64,000 nucleotides of DNA from an uncultured cyanobacterium. GTDB taxonomy: Bacteria; Cyanobacteriota; Cyanobacteriia; PCC-6307; Cyanobiaceae. The translations under genes were made by a program, and so were the position numbers. The stretch is taken from NCBI GenBank assembly GCA_963765575.1, contig CAVXWZ010000002.1:32001-96000 (forward strand). The letters are read 5' to 3'. This document shows positions 1-10,966 of the stretch, in pieces (the stretch's first letter is position 1; every line of letters begins with the position of its first letter). The notes beneath the pieces are model-generated. The model searched no databases, was not told the origin of the DNA, and saw nothing but the letters and a program-made list of their open reading frames with translations.

Positions 1-332
1 GCAGCCTCAGCCAGCGCGGCCGGGCGATCTTCGACGGCCCCTGCGACCTGCGCATCGTCAGCGGCGAATCTGGACGGGTGCGGCGCTATGCCATCAGCAC
101 CGAGGATGGACGGCGCTACGTGCTGCGCCGCCAGGGCAAGGCGCTCGAACTGGAGGATGCCACCGGCTCCTACAGCGTGGACTTCCGCGACCACGGCTAC
201 ACCGGCCTGTTCCGTTGGAGCGACATCGTGCTGGTGGTCACCCGCGAGCACAGACGTCTGCCCCGGTCGCGCTCGGGCGGCGGCGACCAGGGTGGCCAGA
301 TCGACCAGCTGTTCTCGCCAGACTCCAACTGA
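1..332 (+). CDS. hypothetical protein, 5' end truncated by window edge
   Basis: The frame of ORF 78..332 stays open back to the window start (SLSQRGRAIFDGPCDLRIVSG...) with normal GC3-rich codons; no family recognised. Confidence 0.55.
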   Translation, partial: SLSQRGRAIFDGPCDLRIVSGESGRVRRYAISTEDGRRYVLRRQGKALELEDATGSYSVDFRDHGYTGLFRWSDIVLVVTREHRRLPRSRSGGGDQGGQIDQLFSPDSN

Positions 333-343
333 GCCCCAGCGCC

Positions 344-718
344 ATGGGCACCATCCCGCTCGACGACCACCGCGCCCAGCTGCGCGCCAGCCGCTCCCTG
401 CGCTGCCTGCCGTTCCGGCGGGCCTGCTACGAGCAGCTGGGGCAGCAAGCCCTGAGCAGCGCCGCCCTGGCCGGCGGGCCCGACTGGCGCCGCCGGTGCT
501 TCCTGCCCATGAGCGGCGAGCGGGCCGAGGCCCACGTGAGGTGGCTGATCCGGCTGGGGGTGCTGCGCCGCGAGGTGGATGGCCAGGGCCTCACCGAGCG
601 GGTGCGGCTGACGCCGATGGGCCGCCGCATCCTGGCGGGAATCGACGGCGAGATTCCCCGCGCCGGACTGCGTGAGCGCATGCTCGAGACCCTGCGCCGC
701 CACCGGCCCCGCCCCTGA
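344..718 (+). CDS. conserved cyanobacterial protein (Npun_F0494 family)
   Basis: WLIRLGVLRREVDGQGLTERVRLTPMGR motif; ATG at 344; lies upstream of cobQ. Confidence 0.8.
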   Translation: MGTIPLDDHRAQLRASRSLRCLPFRRACYEQLGQQALSSAALAGGPDWRRRCFLPMSGERAEAHVRWLIRLGVLRREVDGQGLTERVRLTPMGRRILAGIDGEIPRAGLRERMLETLRRHRPRP

Positions 719-744
719 TGCCCAGCCCCTGATCCCTGCCCCAG

Positions 745-2292
745 ATGTCCCCGCCGGCCCTGATGGTGCTGGGCACCTCCAGCGGTGCCGGCAAGTCGCT
801 GATGACGGCGGCCCTCTGCCGCGTGCTGCGCCGCCGCGGTGAGCAGCCCCTGCCCTTCAAGGGCCAGAACATGAGCAACAACGCCTGGGTGGACCAGGCC
901 GGCGGCGAGATGGCTTACTCCCAGGCGCTGCAGGCCTGGGCCGCCGGCCTCGAGCCCCGCTGCGCCATGAATCCGGTGCTGCTCAAACCCCGGGGCGATT
1001 CCACAAGCGAGGTGATCCACCTGGGCCGCTCGGTGGGCAGCGCCCGCGCCGAGCACTACTACCGCGACTGGTTTCGGCCCGGCTGGGCCGCCATCCGCAC
1101 CGGGCTGGCGGAGCTGCAGGCCGACCATCCCGGCGGCCGCCTGGTGCTGGAGGGGGCCGGCAGCCCGGTGGAGGTGAACCTGCAGGCCCGCGACCTCACC
1201 AACCTGCGCCTGGCCCAGTTCCTGCGGGCCCGCTGCCTGCTGGTGGCCGACATCGAGCGCGGCGGGGTGTTCGCCCAGATCGTGGGCACCCTGCAGCTGC
1301 TCAGCCCGGTGCAGCGGCCCCTGATCCGCGGGCTGCTGATCAACCGCTTCCGCGGCCGCCGGCAGCTGTTCGACGAGGGCCGCCGCTGGCTGGAGGCCCG
1401 CACCGGTCTGCCGGTGCTGGGGGTGATGCCCTGGCTCGAGGAGCTCTTTCCGCCGGAAGACTCCCTCGATCTGCTGGAGCGGGGCGGCCGCAAGGCCGGC
1501 GCCGAGCTGGAAATCGCCGTGCTGCGGCTGCCCTCGATCAGCAACTTCTCCGACCTCGATCCGCTCGAGGCCGAGCCCAGCGTGCGGCTGCGCTGGCTCA
1601 GGCCCGGCGAGCCCCTGGGCAGTCCCGATGCGGTGATCGTGCCGGGCAGCAAGCAGACCCTGCGCGACCTGGCCGCCCTGCGCCAGGCGGGGCTCGACGC
1701 CGAGCTGCCCCGCTATCTGGCCGGCGGCGGCCACGTGTTCGGCCTCTGCGGCGGGCTGCAGCTGCTGGGCCGGGAGCTACTGGACCCCGAGGGCCTGGAG
1801 GGCTCAGTCAGCGGCGAGTCAGGCCCCGCGCCCCCAGGAACAGCGGCGGTACGGGGCCTCGATCTGCTGCCGCTGCGCACCGTGTTCGGGGGGGCCAAGG
1901 CCCTGCGCCAGCGCCGCTGCCTGGCCCTCTGGCCCGGCAGCGGCCTGGAGCTGGATGGCTTCGAGCTGCACCGCGGCCACACCATCGTTTTAAACGCCGG
2001 ACCGGCCGCCAGCAGCCACCAACAACCCAACCCCCTGGCCACGGACGACGGCCTGGGCTGGTGGCAACCACTGGGAGCCAACGGCGGCCTGGTGGCCGGC
2101 ACCTACCTGCATGGCGTGTTCGAGAGCGGCCCCTGGCGCCGGCACTGGCTCAACCGGCTGCGCCAGCGCCGCGGCCTGGCGCCGCTCAGCCTCGACCAGC
2201 CCCACCACAGCCGCCAGCGGGATCAGCTGCTGGATCGGCTCGCCGATGCCTTCGAGGCCCACGTCAACCTGGAGCCGCTGCTCGCACCCTGA
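745..2292 (+). CDS. cobQ: cobyric acid synthase
   Basis: [42 protein letters not shown] glutaminase Cys, GTYLHGVF. Confidence 0.96.
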   Translation: MSPPALMVLGTSSGAGKSLMTAALCRVLRRRGEQPLPFKGQNMSNNAWVDQAGGEMAYSQALQAWAAGLEPRCAMNPVLLKPRGDSTSEVIHLGRSVGSARAEHYYRDWFRPGWAAIRTGLAELQADHPGGRLVLEGAGSPVEVNLQARDLTNLRLAQFLRARCLLVADIERGGVFAQIVGTLQLLSPVQRPLIRGLLINRFRGRRQLFDEGRRWLEARTGLPVLGVMPWLEELFPPEDSLDLLERGGRKAGAELEIAVLRLPSISNFSDLDPLEAEPSVRLRWLRPGEPLGSPDAVIVPGSKQTLRDLAALRQAGLDAELPRYLAGGGHVFGLCGGLQLLGRELLDPEGLEGSVSGESGPAPPGTAAVRGLDLLPLRTVFGGAKALRQRRCLALWPGSGLELDGFELHRGHTIVLNAGPAASSHQQPNPLATDDGLGWWQPLGANGGLVAGTYLHGVFESGPWRRHWLNRLRQRRGLAPLSLDQPHHSRQRDQLLDRLADAFEAHVNLEPLLAP

Positions 2293-2549
2293 TGGCCTCC
2301 CCACGCGGCGCCCGCAGCGTCACCATCCGCTGGCCCGATGGCCGCACCACCACCGTTGCCAGCGGTACCGCCTGGCTGGAGGCGGCCCGGCAGGCCGGCA
2401 TGGCCATCCCCACCGGCTGCCTGGGGGGCAGCTGCGGCGCCTGCGAGATCGAGGTGAACGGCCGCATGGTGCGCGCCTGCATCGCCAGCGTGCCGCCCAG
2501 CCGCAGCGATGAGCTCACGGTGACGCTGGCGGTGGATCCCTACTGGTAG
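2292..2549 (+). CDS. small 2Fe-2S ferredoxin-like protein
   Basis: IPTGCLGGSCGAC...RAC cysteine motif; ATG overlaps the cobQ stop (TGATG). Confidence 0.85.
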   Translation: MASPRGARSVTIRWPDGRTTTVASGTAWLEAARQAGMAIPTGCLGGSCGACEIEVNGRMVRACIASVPPSRSDELTVTLAVDPYW

Positions 2550-2577
2550 GGCCATGGGGGCTGGCTGGTGAGGCCCA

Positions 2578-3834
2578 TCAGGCCTGGATCAGGCCGCCGC
2601 CGAGCAGCACCTCACCGGCGTAGAACACCGCCGCCTGGCCGGGGGTGATCGAAAACTGGGGTTCGGCGAACTCGAGCCGCAGCCGCTGGGGCCGACCCGC
2701 AGCCCGGTCGGCTTCGCTGGGGGGCAGGGGGGTGAGCAGGGCCGGCTGCGGGCCGCTGCGGTAGCGCACCTGCACCTCCAGCTGCACCGGCCCGGCCGGC
2801 GGCGCCATCGACACCCAGTTCACCGCGCCCACCACACAGCTGGAGCGGGCGGCCTCACGCCGCGGCGCCACCACCACCCGGTTCATGGCGCCATCGAGAC
2901 GCACCACGTGCAGCGGCTCGCTCCAGGCCACACCCAGCCCCTTGCGCTGGCCGATCGTGAAGTGCTCGATGCCGTCGTGTTGGCCCACCACCGTGCCGTC
3001 GGCCAGCACGATCTCGCCCTGGCGCGGCGGCAGGTGGGCATCGAGGAAGGCCCGCATCGAGCCGTGGTGATCGGCCAGGCAGAGGTCCTGGCTCTCGGGC
3101 TTGCTGGCGGTGCGCAGGCCGTGGCGGGTGGCCTCCAGGCGCGTATCCGCCTTGGTCAGTTCCCCCAGCGGGAACACCAGCCGGCCCAGGGACTCCTGGG
3201 GCAGGTCGTAGAGGAAGTAGCTCTGGTCCTTCTGCCCATCGAGGCCGCGCAGCAGCTGGTGGCGCCCGGCCGCCTCACCCGGCACCGGCAGGGGATCGCC
3301 GGCATCGGCGGGACGCACGCGGGCGTAGTGGCCGGTGGCGATGCGGCCGATGCCGCGCTCGGCCTCGGCCCAGGCGAGCATCGGCGCAAACTTCACCTCC
3401 CGGTTGCAGCGCGAGCAGGGCAGGGGGGTGACCCCGGCGGCATAGCCCTCCACCAGGAAGTCCACGATCTGGGCGCGGAAGTGGTCGCGGAAATCCACCA
3501 CGTGGTGGGGAATGGCCAGCTGCTCACAGATGCCAGCGGCATCCACCAGGCCCTCGGCACAGCAGGCCCCCTTGCCGCTCATCAGCCACAGGGTGAGGCC
3601 TTCCACCTGCCAGCCCGCCTGCACCAGCAGGGCGGCGGTCAGGGAGCTGTCCACACCGCCGGAGAGGCCCACGGCCACGCGCCGTTCGCCGGGCCAGGCC
3701 CGCAGGCGCTCCAGCGCCGCCGCACCGGCAACCGTGGCTGTGGCCACAAGGCCGGGGATCGGTGGCCGCGGCAGATCCGGATGGGCAGGAAGCGGGAACA
3801 AGGGCTGGGACGAAGGCGCCGGTGTTCCCATCAT
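2578..3834 (-). CDS. mnmA: tRNA 2-thiouridine(34) synthase
   Basis: [53 protein letters not shown]; start trimmed to the in-frame ATG. Confidence 0.96.
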   Translation of the reverse strand: MMGTPAPSSQPLFPLPAHPDLPRPPIPGLVATATVAGAAALERLRAWPGERRVAVGLSGGVDSSLTAALLVQAGWQVEGLTLWLMSGKGACCAEGLVDAAGICEQLAIPHHVVDFRDHFRAQIVDFLVEGYAAGVTPLPCSRCNREVKFAPMLAWAEAERGIGRIATGHYARVRPADAGDPLPVPGEAAGRHQLLRGLDGQKDQSYFLYDLPQESLGRLVFPLGELTKADTRLEATRHGLRTASKPESQDLCLADHHGSMRAFLDAHLPPRQGEIVLADGTVVGQHDGIEHFTIGQRKGLGVAWSEPLHVVRLDGAMNRVVVAPRREAARSSCVVGAVNWVSMAPPAGPVQLEVQVRYRSGPQPALLTPLPPSEADRAAGRPQRLRLEFAEPQFSITPGQAAVFYAGEVLLGGGLIQA

Positions 3835-3858
3835 GAAACCGAGCGCCGCTGTCCTGCC

Positions 3859-5471
3859 GTGACCAGCCCCGATGTCCAGCCCCAGCCAGAGGCGCCGAGC
3901 TGGCCGCCGCGGGATGGGGAGCACCTGCTGGTGAGCGGCGAGCAGATGGCGGCGCTGGAGCAGCAGCTGTTCGCCTCCGGTCTGCCGGTGGAGGCCCTGA
4001 TGGAGAAGGCGGCCCTGGCCCTGAGCCGAGCCCTGCTGCAGCACCACGGTGAGCTGCTGGAGCGGCACGGCGCGCGTGGTGCTGGTGGGGCCGGGACACA
4101 ACGGCGGCGACGGCCTGGTGGTGGCCCGCGAGTTGCACCTGGCCGGCGTGGCGGTGACGATCTGGAGCCCGTTCGAGCGCCACAAACCGCTCACCGCCCG
4201 CCACCTGCGCCACGCCCACTGGCTGGGGTTGCCGCAGCCCGTGTCGCCACCAGACCCCACCGGCCCGGCCCTCTGGATCGATGCCCTGCTGGGGATCGGC
4301 CAGCGGCGGCCGCCTGATCCGGCCCTGCAGGAGCTGCTGCGGGCGCGGGCGCGGCAACGCCCTGGCCGCCTGGTGGCCATCGATGTGCCCACGGGCCTGT
4401 GCGCCGACAGCGGCCGTTGCCTGGGGGAGGTCGCCGCCCGGGCCAGCCACACCTACACCCTGGGGCTGCTGAAAACGGGCCTGGTGCAGGACAGCGCCCT
4501 GGCCTGGGTGGGCACCCTGCGGCGGGTCGACCTGGGCCTGCCGCCGCCGCTGCTGCGGGAGCTTCCCGCCACCCAGCCCCTGGGCCTTTCGCCCGCCGAT
4601 CTGGCCGCTGCCCCCTGGCCGCTGCCCGATCCAGCGGCGGCCAAGTACGGGCGGGGGCGGCTGCTGGTGGTGGCCGGCAGCGAGCGCTACCGGGGCGCGG
4701 CGGCCCTGGCCCTGGCGGGAGCGAGCGCCGGCGGCTGCGGCAGCCTGCGGGCCGCCCTGCCCGCGAGCCTGGCCGAGGGGCTCTGGAGCGTTCTGCCCCA
4801 CGTGGTGGTGGGCCCGGCCCTGGGCTGCGATGGCCAGGGCCATCTGGCCCTGGGCAAGCTGGGCGACACCGGGCTGGAACGCCTCGATGCGCTGCTGCTG
4901 GGTCCGGGGATCGGCGCCATGGCGCCAGCCCCCGGGGGCGGGGAGGGGAGCGCCGAAACCGAAACCTGGCGGCGGCTGCAGCGTTTCGCCGGGCTGCTGG
5001 TGCTCGATGCCGACGGCCTCAACCGCCTCGCCGCCCTGGGGGCAACCGAGTGGCTGCGGCAGCGGGGCGGTCCCACCTGGATCACGCCCCACCGGGGGGA
5101 ATTCGATCGGCTGTTCCCGCAGCTGCAGGCTGCTGCCGCCCCGGAGGCCGCTGCTGCGGCGGCCCAGGCGAGCGGCGCGGCCGTGCTGCTCAAGGGCGCG
5201 CGCAGCGTGGTGGCCGGCAGCGAGGGGCAACGCTGGCAGCTGCTGGAGGCCGCGCCGGCGGCGGCGCGAGCCGGACTGGGGGATGTGCTGGCCGGCTACG
5301 GGGCGGCCGTGGGTGCCATGGCCATGGCGGCTGGCAGCGGTGCCGGCGCCGAGCTGCTGGCGGCGGTGACCCTGGCCCACGCCGCCGCCGGCCTGCGCCT
5401 GGCAGCGGCGCGGCCCGGGCGCGGTCTCACCGCCGGCCGTGGCCCGCTGCCTGGCTGCAGGGGACGTGTGA
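3859..5471 (+). CDS. nnr: bifunctional NAD(P)H-hydrate epimerase/dehydratase (YjeF); frameshifted in this sequence near 4075 and probably near 5410
   Basis: N-terminal LMEKAALA is in one frame; [36 protein letters not shown] and GLGDVLAG are in the next frame. Confidence 0.85.
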
Positions 5472-5561
5472 GGTTTTGCAAGTAAATGCTAAAGGGTTAC
5501 TGAAAACACCACCTCACCAATTCCCCTGGGGAGATAGTGGCATCCCGCACCGTGCCTCACA

Positions 5562-6584
5562 ATGAGCGCATCCAGCCTGCGTACCAGCGAAGGCCAGCGT
5601 CGACGCAGCAGTGATCCGGTGAGTTGGTATCTGGCCACGATTGGCCGAGAACCCCTGCTCACTCCTGCGGAAGAAATCGAGCTCGGCAATCAGGTGCAGG
5701 CCATGATGCGCCTGCTGGAAGAGGGCTTACCGGCAGAAACCGCGCCTAGCACCATCAAGAGCGCCTCCAACCTTGGCGCCGTTGCTGATCTTGGTGCGGT
5801 TGCTGCCGCAGCCGATCGTCGCGGTCAGACGACACCGGAGCGGGCCCGCAAAATTATGCGCATCGGTCAGCGGGCCAAGCAGCGCATGATGAAGGCCAAC
5901 CTGCGTCTGGTGGTGAGTGTCGCCAAGAAATACCAGGGCAAGGGTCTGGAACTGCTCGATCTCATCCAGGAGGGTTCCCTGGGCCTGGAGCGGGCGGTGG
6001 AGAAATTCGATCCCACCCGTGGTTACAAGTTTTCCACCTATGCCTTCTGGTGGATCCGCCAGAGCATGACCCGGGCGATCGCCTGCCAGTCGCGCACGAT
6101 CCGCCTGCCGGTCCACCTCTCCGAACGGCTCAGTGCCGTCCGCCGGGTGAGTCTCGACCTGGCCCACAAGCTCGGCTCGATGCCCAGCCGCAGCGAGATC
6201 GCCGAGGCCATGGCCATTCCCGTCCAGGAACTCGATGGTCTGCTGCGCCAGTCGCTCACCACCTCCAGCCTGGACGCGCCGGTGAACGGCGATGAGGGCC
6301 GCAGTTTTCTCGGCGACCTGATCGCCGACCCGGCCGGGGAGGAACCGCTCGATCGGGTGGAACGGGGCCTGCATCAGGAGCAGCTGGGCCGCTGGCTCAG
6401 CCACCTCAGCCAGCAGGAGCGGCAGGTGCTGGAGCTGCGCTTTGGGCTGGCGGGCCAGGAGCGCCACACCCTGGCGGAGATTGGCCGCCAGCTCGATGTG
6501 TCGCGGGAGCGGGTGCGCCAGGTGGAACTCAAGGCGCTGCGCAAGTTGCGCAATCTCACGCGCAGAATGCCGAGCACGCTCTGA
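5562..6584 (+). CDS. group 2 sigma-70 factor (RpoD/SigA family)
   Basis: YLATIGREPLLTPAEEIEL, ANLRLVVSVAKKY, DLIQEG, KFSTYAFWWIRQ, region 4 TLAEIG..VSRERVRQ; no region 1.1. Confidence 0.93.
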   Translation: MSASSLRTSEGQRRRSSDPVSWYLATIGREPLLTPAEEIELGNQVQAMMRLLEEGLPAETAPSTIKSASNLGAVADLGAVAAAADRRGQTTPERARKIMRIGQRAKQRMMKANLRLVVSVAKKYQGKGLELLDLIQEGSLGLERAVEKFDPTRGYKFSTYAFWWIRQSMTRAIACQSRTIRLPVHLSERLSAVRRVSLDLAHKLGSMPSRSEIAEAMAIPVQELDGLLRQSLTTSSLDAPVNGDEGRSFLGDLIADPAGEEPLDRVERGLHQEQLGRWLSHLSQQERQVLELRFGLAGQERHTLAEIGRQLDVSRERVRQVELKALRKLRNLTRRMPSTL

Positions 6585-6594
6585 CGCCCAGCCG

Positions 6595-7509
6595 CTGCGG
6601 CCTCCCCTCGTCTATCACCCGGCCTACTCGGCGCCGCTGCCCAGCAGCCATCGCTTTCCGATGGCCAAATTCCGGCTGCTGCACCAGTGGCTGAGGGATC
6701 ACGACCTGGCGCGATCCAGCCAGGTGCACCAGCCCCTGCCGGCGCCGCGCCGCTGGCTCGAACTGGTGCATCCGCGCTCCTACCACCAGGCCTTCTGCCG
6801 CGCTGAACTGGGCCAGCGCGAACAGCGCCGCATCGGTCTGCCGGCCAGCGCGCCCCTGGTGCGCCGCACCTGGCTATCGGTGGGCGGCACCGTGCTCACC
6901 GCCCGGCTGGCCCTGCGCCACGGGCTGGCCTGCCACCTGGCGGGCGGCACCCACCACGCCTTCGCCACGGCCGGCAGCGGCTTCTGCATCTTCAACGACG
7001 TGGCCGTGGCCGCGCGGGTGCTGCTGGCGGAGGGCCAGCTGCGGCAGCTGATGGTGATCGACCTGGATGTGCACCAGGGGGACGCCACCGCCACGATCTT
7101 CGCCAGCGAGCCGCGGGTGTTCACGCTCTCGGTGCACTGCGCCAGCAACTTCCCCCTGCGCAAGGCCACCAGCGACTGCGATCTGGCCCTGGCGGACGGC
7201 CTCGCGGACGACGCCTACATCAGCGCCATCGGCGACCTGATTCCCGAGCAGCTGGAGCGGGTGCGGCCCCAGCTGGTGCTCTACAACGCCGGCGTCGACC
7301 CCCACCGCCTCGACCGTCTGGGCCGCCTGGCCCTCAGCGATGACGGCCTGCTGCGGCGCGATCACCTGGTGCTCGACGCCTGCCTGCGGCGGGGGATCCC
7401 GGTGGCCACCGTGATCGGCGGCGGCTACGACGCGCTGCAGCAGCTGGTGCAGCGCCACGCTCTGGTGTTCCGGGCCGGCGCCGAGCAGGCCAGGCTGCAC
7501 GGCCTGTGA
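6595..7509 (+). CDS. histone deacetylase family protein (start uncertain: CTG 6595 or ATG 6661)
   Basis: HRFPMAKF, GGTHHA, GFCIFND, DLDVHQGD, GGGY motifs. Confidence 0.88.
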   Translation: MRPPLVYHPAYSAPLPSSHRFPMAKFRLLHQWLRDHDLARSSQVHQPLPAPRRWLELVHPRSYHQAFCRAELGQREQRRIGLPASAPLVRRTWLSVGGTVLTARLALRHGLACHLAGGTHHAFATAGSGFCIFNDVAVAARVLLAEGQLRQLMVIDLDVHQGDATATIFASEPRVFTLSVHCASNFPLRKATSDCDLALADGLADDAYISAIGDLIPEQLERVRPQLVLYNAGVDPHRLDRLGRLALSDDGLLRRDHLVLDACLRRGIPVATVIGGGYDALQQLVQRHALVFRAGAEQARLHGL

Positions 7510-8637
7510 TCAGTCCTCAGCCCAGATGTAACGGGTGAGTTCGTCGCCCTTGGGTTCGGGAGCCGCCAGGGCGAAGGTCACGGCCTCGGCCACCTCGGCA
7601 TCAATCTCCTTGTCGATCGCCTTGAGCTCATCGGCCGTGGCCAGGCCCTGCGCCGCCAGCTCGCCAGCCAGGCGCTTGATCGGGTCGCGCTTGGCCCAGA
7701 ACTCCTTCTCGGCCTGGGCCCGCAGCTCGTCGGGATCGGCGAGGGAGTGGCCGCGGTAGCGGTAGGTGAGGCACTCCAGCAGGGTGGGGCCCTCACCGGC
7801 GCGGGCACGCTCGATCGCCCGCTGGGCCGCGGCCCGCACCGCCAGCACATCCATGCCGTCGACCTCCTCGCCGGGGATGCCGAAGGCGGCGGCCTTGCGC
7901 CAGATCTCCGGCTCACTGGTGGCCCGGTTGTGGTCCATGCCGATGGCCCACTTGTTGTTCTCGACCACGAACAGGATCGGCAGCTTCCAGAGCGCCGCCA
8001 TGTTCAGGCACTCGTAAAACTGGCCGATGTTGCAGGTGCCGTCGCCGAAAAAGGCGGCGGTCACGGCGTCGCTGGAGGCATCGCCGAGGGCGTCGCGCTT
8101 GTAGCGGCTGGTGAAGGCGGCCCCCAGGGCAATGGGAATGCCCTCACCGATGAAGGCGTAGCCCCCGAGCAGATGGTGCTCGCGGGAGAAGAGGTGCATC
8201 GAGCCGCCGCGGCCCTTGCTGCAGCCGGTCTCCTTGCCGAACAGCTCGCTCATCACCTGGCGCGCCGGCACGCCGCAGCTGAGGGCGTGCACGTGGTCGC
8301 GGTAGGTGCTGCAAAACCAGTCGTGCTGGGCCTTCATGGCCTTGATCACGCCGGTGCTCACGGCCTCCTGACCGTTGTAGAGATGCACGAAGCCGAACAT
8401 CTTGCCGCGGTAGTACATCTCCGCGCACTTGTCCTCGAAGCGACGGCCCAGCACCATGTCGCGGTAGAGGGTCAGGCCCTGTTGGCGATCCACCGCGGCC
8501 GGGGTGCCGGGGTAGAGGTTTTCAAGCCGCTCGGCGTGGGGGCCGGCGACGTGGGTGGACTCGGCGGAGCAGCCAGGAGCGCCGGAGGCCTGGAGCGCCT
8601 GGGCGGCCAGGTCGCGGCTCGTATCTGCCTGGGTCAT
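7510..8637 (-). CDS. pdhA: pyruvate dehydrogenase E1 alpha subunit
   Basis: [42 protein letters not shown]. Confidence 0.97.
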   Translation of the reverse strand: MTQADTSRDLAAQALQASGAPGCSAESTHVAGPHAERLENLYPGTPAAVDRQQGLTLYRDMVLGRRFEDKCAEMYYRGKMFGFVHLYNGQEAVSTGVIKAMKAQHDWFCSTYRDHVHALSCGVPARQVMSELFGKETGCSKGRGGSMHLFSREHHLLGGYAFIGEGIPIALGAAFTSRYKRDALGDASSDAVTAAFFGDGTCNIGQFYECLNMAALWKLPILFVVENNKWAIGMDHNRATSEPEIWRKAAAFGIPGEEVDGMDVLAVRAAAQRAIERARAGEGPTLLECLTYRYRGHSLADPDELRAQAEKEFWAKRDPIKRLAGELAAQGLATADELKAIDKEIDAEVAEAVTFALAAPEPKGDELTRYIWAED

Positions 8638-8821
8638 CGGGGAATGCTGCTGATCAGGGCTGCTGAAGACGCCCGGCGGCGGAGGCAGAAGCCAGGCCTG
8701 GTGGCGGGACTCTACGGGGTCTGGCCGTTGGCGCTATGTCCGCAGTGACCCATCCCCGCCCCGGGGAAGCCGGCCGGACGGCAGACCCTGCTTACAGTCA
8801 GTCACCCGCCGGCCAAGGGGA

Positions 8822-10894
8822 TTGGACCTGCCGATCGATCACTTCCGGTTACTCGGGGTGAGCCCAGCCACCGATGTGCAGTCCGTGCTCCGCATCCTGG
8901 AGCAGCGCCTCGATCGGCCGCCCGATCAGGGCTTCACCCTGGAAACCCTCCAGGCCCGCGCCGAGCTGCTGCGCAGCAGTGCCGATCTGCTCACCGATCC
9001 GGAGCGGCGCCAGACCTACGAATCGGAACTCACCGCCCTCAACGCTTCCGGGGAATCCCTGCAGGCCGCCCTGGACGTGCCCGCCACCAAGGAGGTGGCC
9101 GGCCTGGTGCTGCTGCTGGAGGCGGGGATGGCCCTCGACGCCTTCGAGCTGGCCAGCCGCGCCCTGCAGCCGCCCCAGGCCCCGGCCCTGGGCAGTGGCC
9201 GGGAAGCGGATCTGAGCCTGGTGGCGGGCCTCGCCTGCCTGGAGGCGGCCAGGGATCTGCGCCAGGAACGCCGCTATGAGGCCGGGTCCCAGGTGCTGGC
9301 CCAGGGCAACCAGCTGTTGCAGCGGGTGGGGCAGCACGGCGGCCTGCGGCAGCAGATGGCCGATGAGCGCCGAACCCTGCGGCCCTACCGGGTGCTGGAT
9401 CTGCTCAGCCGCGACCTCAGCGCCAACCAGGAGCGGGGCGAAGGGCTGGCCCTGCTCGAGGAATTAGTGGAAGAGCGGGGCGGACTGGACGGCCACGCCG
9501 GTGCCGATCTCAGCTCCGAGGAATTTCAGGCCTTCTTTCAGCAGATCCGCGCCTATCTCACCGTGCAGGAGCAGATCGAGCTGCTGGAACGCTGGGCGCC
9601 CCGATCGACCACGGCCGACTTTCTGGCCGCCAGGGCACTCACCGCCCTGGGCTTCGCCCAGCGCAAGCCGGAGCGCATCGCCGAGGCCCGCGGCAGGCTG
9701 CTGCTGCGCAACAAACCCGAGTTCAAGCCCCTGCTGGCCTGCCTGAACCTGCTGCTGGGCCAGGTGGACACCGCCGAGTTCCAGTTCGCCGACGGTGCCA
9801 GCGAGGAGCTGCGCAACTGGGCGGCCCGCCAGAGCGATGAACCCCTGGCCCAGGTGTGCGCCTACTGCCGCGACTGGCTGGCCCGCGATGTGCTGCCCGG
9901 TTACCGCGACCTGGAGGCCGACGCCGACCTGGAGGCCTACTTCGCCGATCGCGACGTGCAGACCTACCTCGACGACCTGGAGCCCGGTGACGCCTCGGCG
10001 CCCCAGGCCACCACTGGCAAGGGGGGTTCGCTTCTCGGCGGCGGTCTGCGCTCCCCCTTCAGCCTGGCCGGCGCTGCCCTGCCCGGCGCCCAGGCCCTGC
10101 TGGGCTTCGGGCCCCTGGGGGAGCTGAGCAGCGAGGCCGAGGGCCGCCACGCCATGGCCATGGGCGCCGAGCCAGACGATGACGGGGCCGACGACGACGA
10201 GCTGGAGCAGGGGCGCACACCCCGGGGCTGGCGCCGGCCGGCCCTGCTTGTGGCCGGGGCCCTGGCCACCGTGCTGCTGGCCCTCGGCCTGGTGGCGCGG
10301 CTGCGGCCCACCGGCGAGCTGCTGGAGCCCGCCGCCAGCGAGGCCGCTGGGGAAGCTGGGGGCAAGCCGGCGGCCGCCGAGGGCGAGCAGCCCACCGACA
10401 AGCCCACCCAGAAACCAGCGGAGAAGCCCACACAGAAGCCAGCTGAGGGGGAATCCGCGAGCACAGCCGCGAAGCCCAGCGCCGCCGCAGCGGCGATCCC
10501 GCTGCGCAACGACCAGCCCAACCCCACCCAGATCCAGACCCTGCTCGAGACCTGGCTGGCCGCCAAGGCCTCGGTGCTGGCCGGCGATGATCCGCCTGCG
10601 GCTCTGGACGACCTGGCCCAGGACAGCCAACTGCGCCAGCTGCAGGCGGAGCGGCGCTCCGACCAGGCCCGCAACCACACCCAGCGCATCGAAACCGATG
10701 TGCAGGCGCTGAAACTGGAGAGCAGCAGTCCCCAGCGCATCAGCGCCGTGGTGACCCTGCGCTACCGCGGCACCCGCCTCAATGAGCAGGGCGAGGCGGT
10801 GGGGCAGGCCAGCAACCTGCAGCTGCGCAATCGCTACGTGTTCAGCCGCGACGGCAACACCTGGCGGGTGGTGAGCTTCCAGCGCGTGAACTGA
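8822..10894 (+). CDS. ftn2: cell division protein Ftn2/ZipN (ARC6 family; J-like N-terminus, one TM segment, IMS/DUF4101 C-terminus)
   Basis: LPIDHFRLLGV...RLDRPPDQGF N-terminus, YFADRDVQTYLD, hydrophobic segment, WLAAKA C-terminal domain; TTG start; divergent from pdhA. Confidence 0.85.
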   Translation: MDLPIDHFRLLGVSPATDVQSVLRILEQRLDRPPDQGFTLETLQARAELLRSSADLLTDPERRQTYESELTALNASGESLQAALDVPATKEVAGLVLLLEAGMALDAFELASRALQPPQAPALGSGREADLSLVAGLACLEAARDLRQERRYEAGSQVLAQGNQLLQRVGQHGGLRQQMADERRTLRPYRVLDLLSRDLSANQERGEGLALLEELVEERGGLDGHAGADLSSEEFQAFFQQIRAYLTVQEQIELLERWAPRSTTADFLAARALTALGFAQRKPERIAEARGRLLLRNKPEFKPLLACLNLLLGQVDTAEFQFADGASEELRNWAARQSDEPLAQVCAYCRDWLARDVLPGYRDLEADADLEAYFADRDVQTYLDDLEPGDASAPQATTGKGGSLLGGGLRSPFSLAGAALPGAQALLGFGPLGELSSEAEGRHAMAMGAEPDDDGADDDELEQGRTPRGWRRPALLVAGALATVLLALGLVARLRPTGELLEPAASEAAGEAGGKPAAAEGEQPTDKPTQKPAEKPTQKPAEGESASTAAKPSAAAAAIPLRNDQPNPTQIQTLLETWLAAKASVLAGDDPPAALDDLAQDSQLRQLQAERRSDQARNHTQRIETDVQALKLESSSPQRISAVVTLRYRGTRLNEQGEAVGQASNLQLRNRYVFSRDGNTWRVVSFQRVN

Positions 10895-10966
10895 GCGGGC
10901 CGCCAGCGCCGGACCCCAGCCGCCCGCTTTTTACGATCAGATCCATCCGCCCCCGGCCCCTTCGCC

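Noticed and set aside
719..744. Cobalamin riboswitch at cobQ (or at cbiET)
   Set aside because: No intergenic room and no B12-box motif seen
5482..5500. NtcA site upstream of the sigma factor
   Set aside because: GTA and TAC are 13 nt apart, not the required 8
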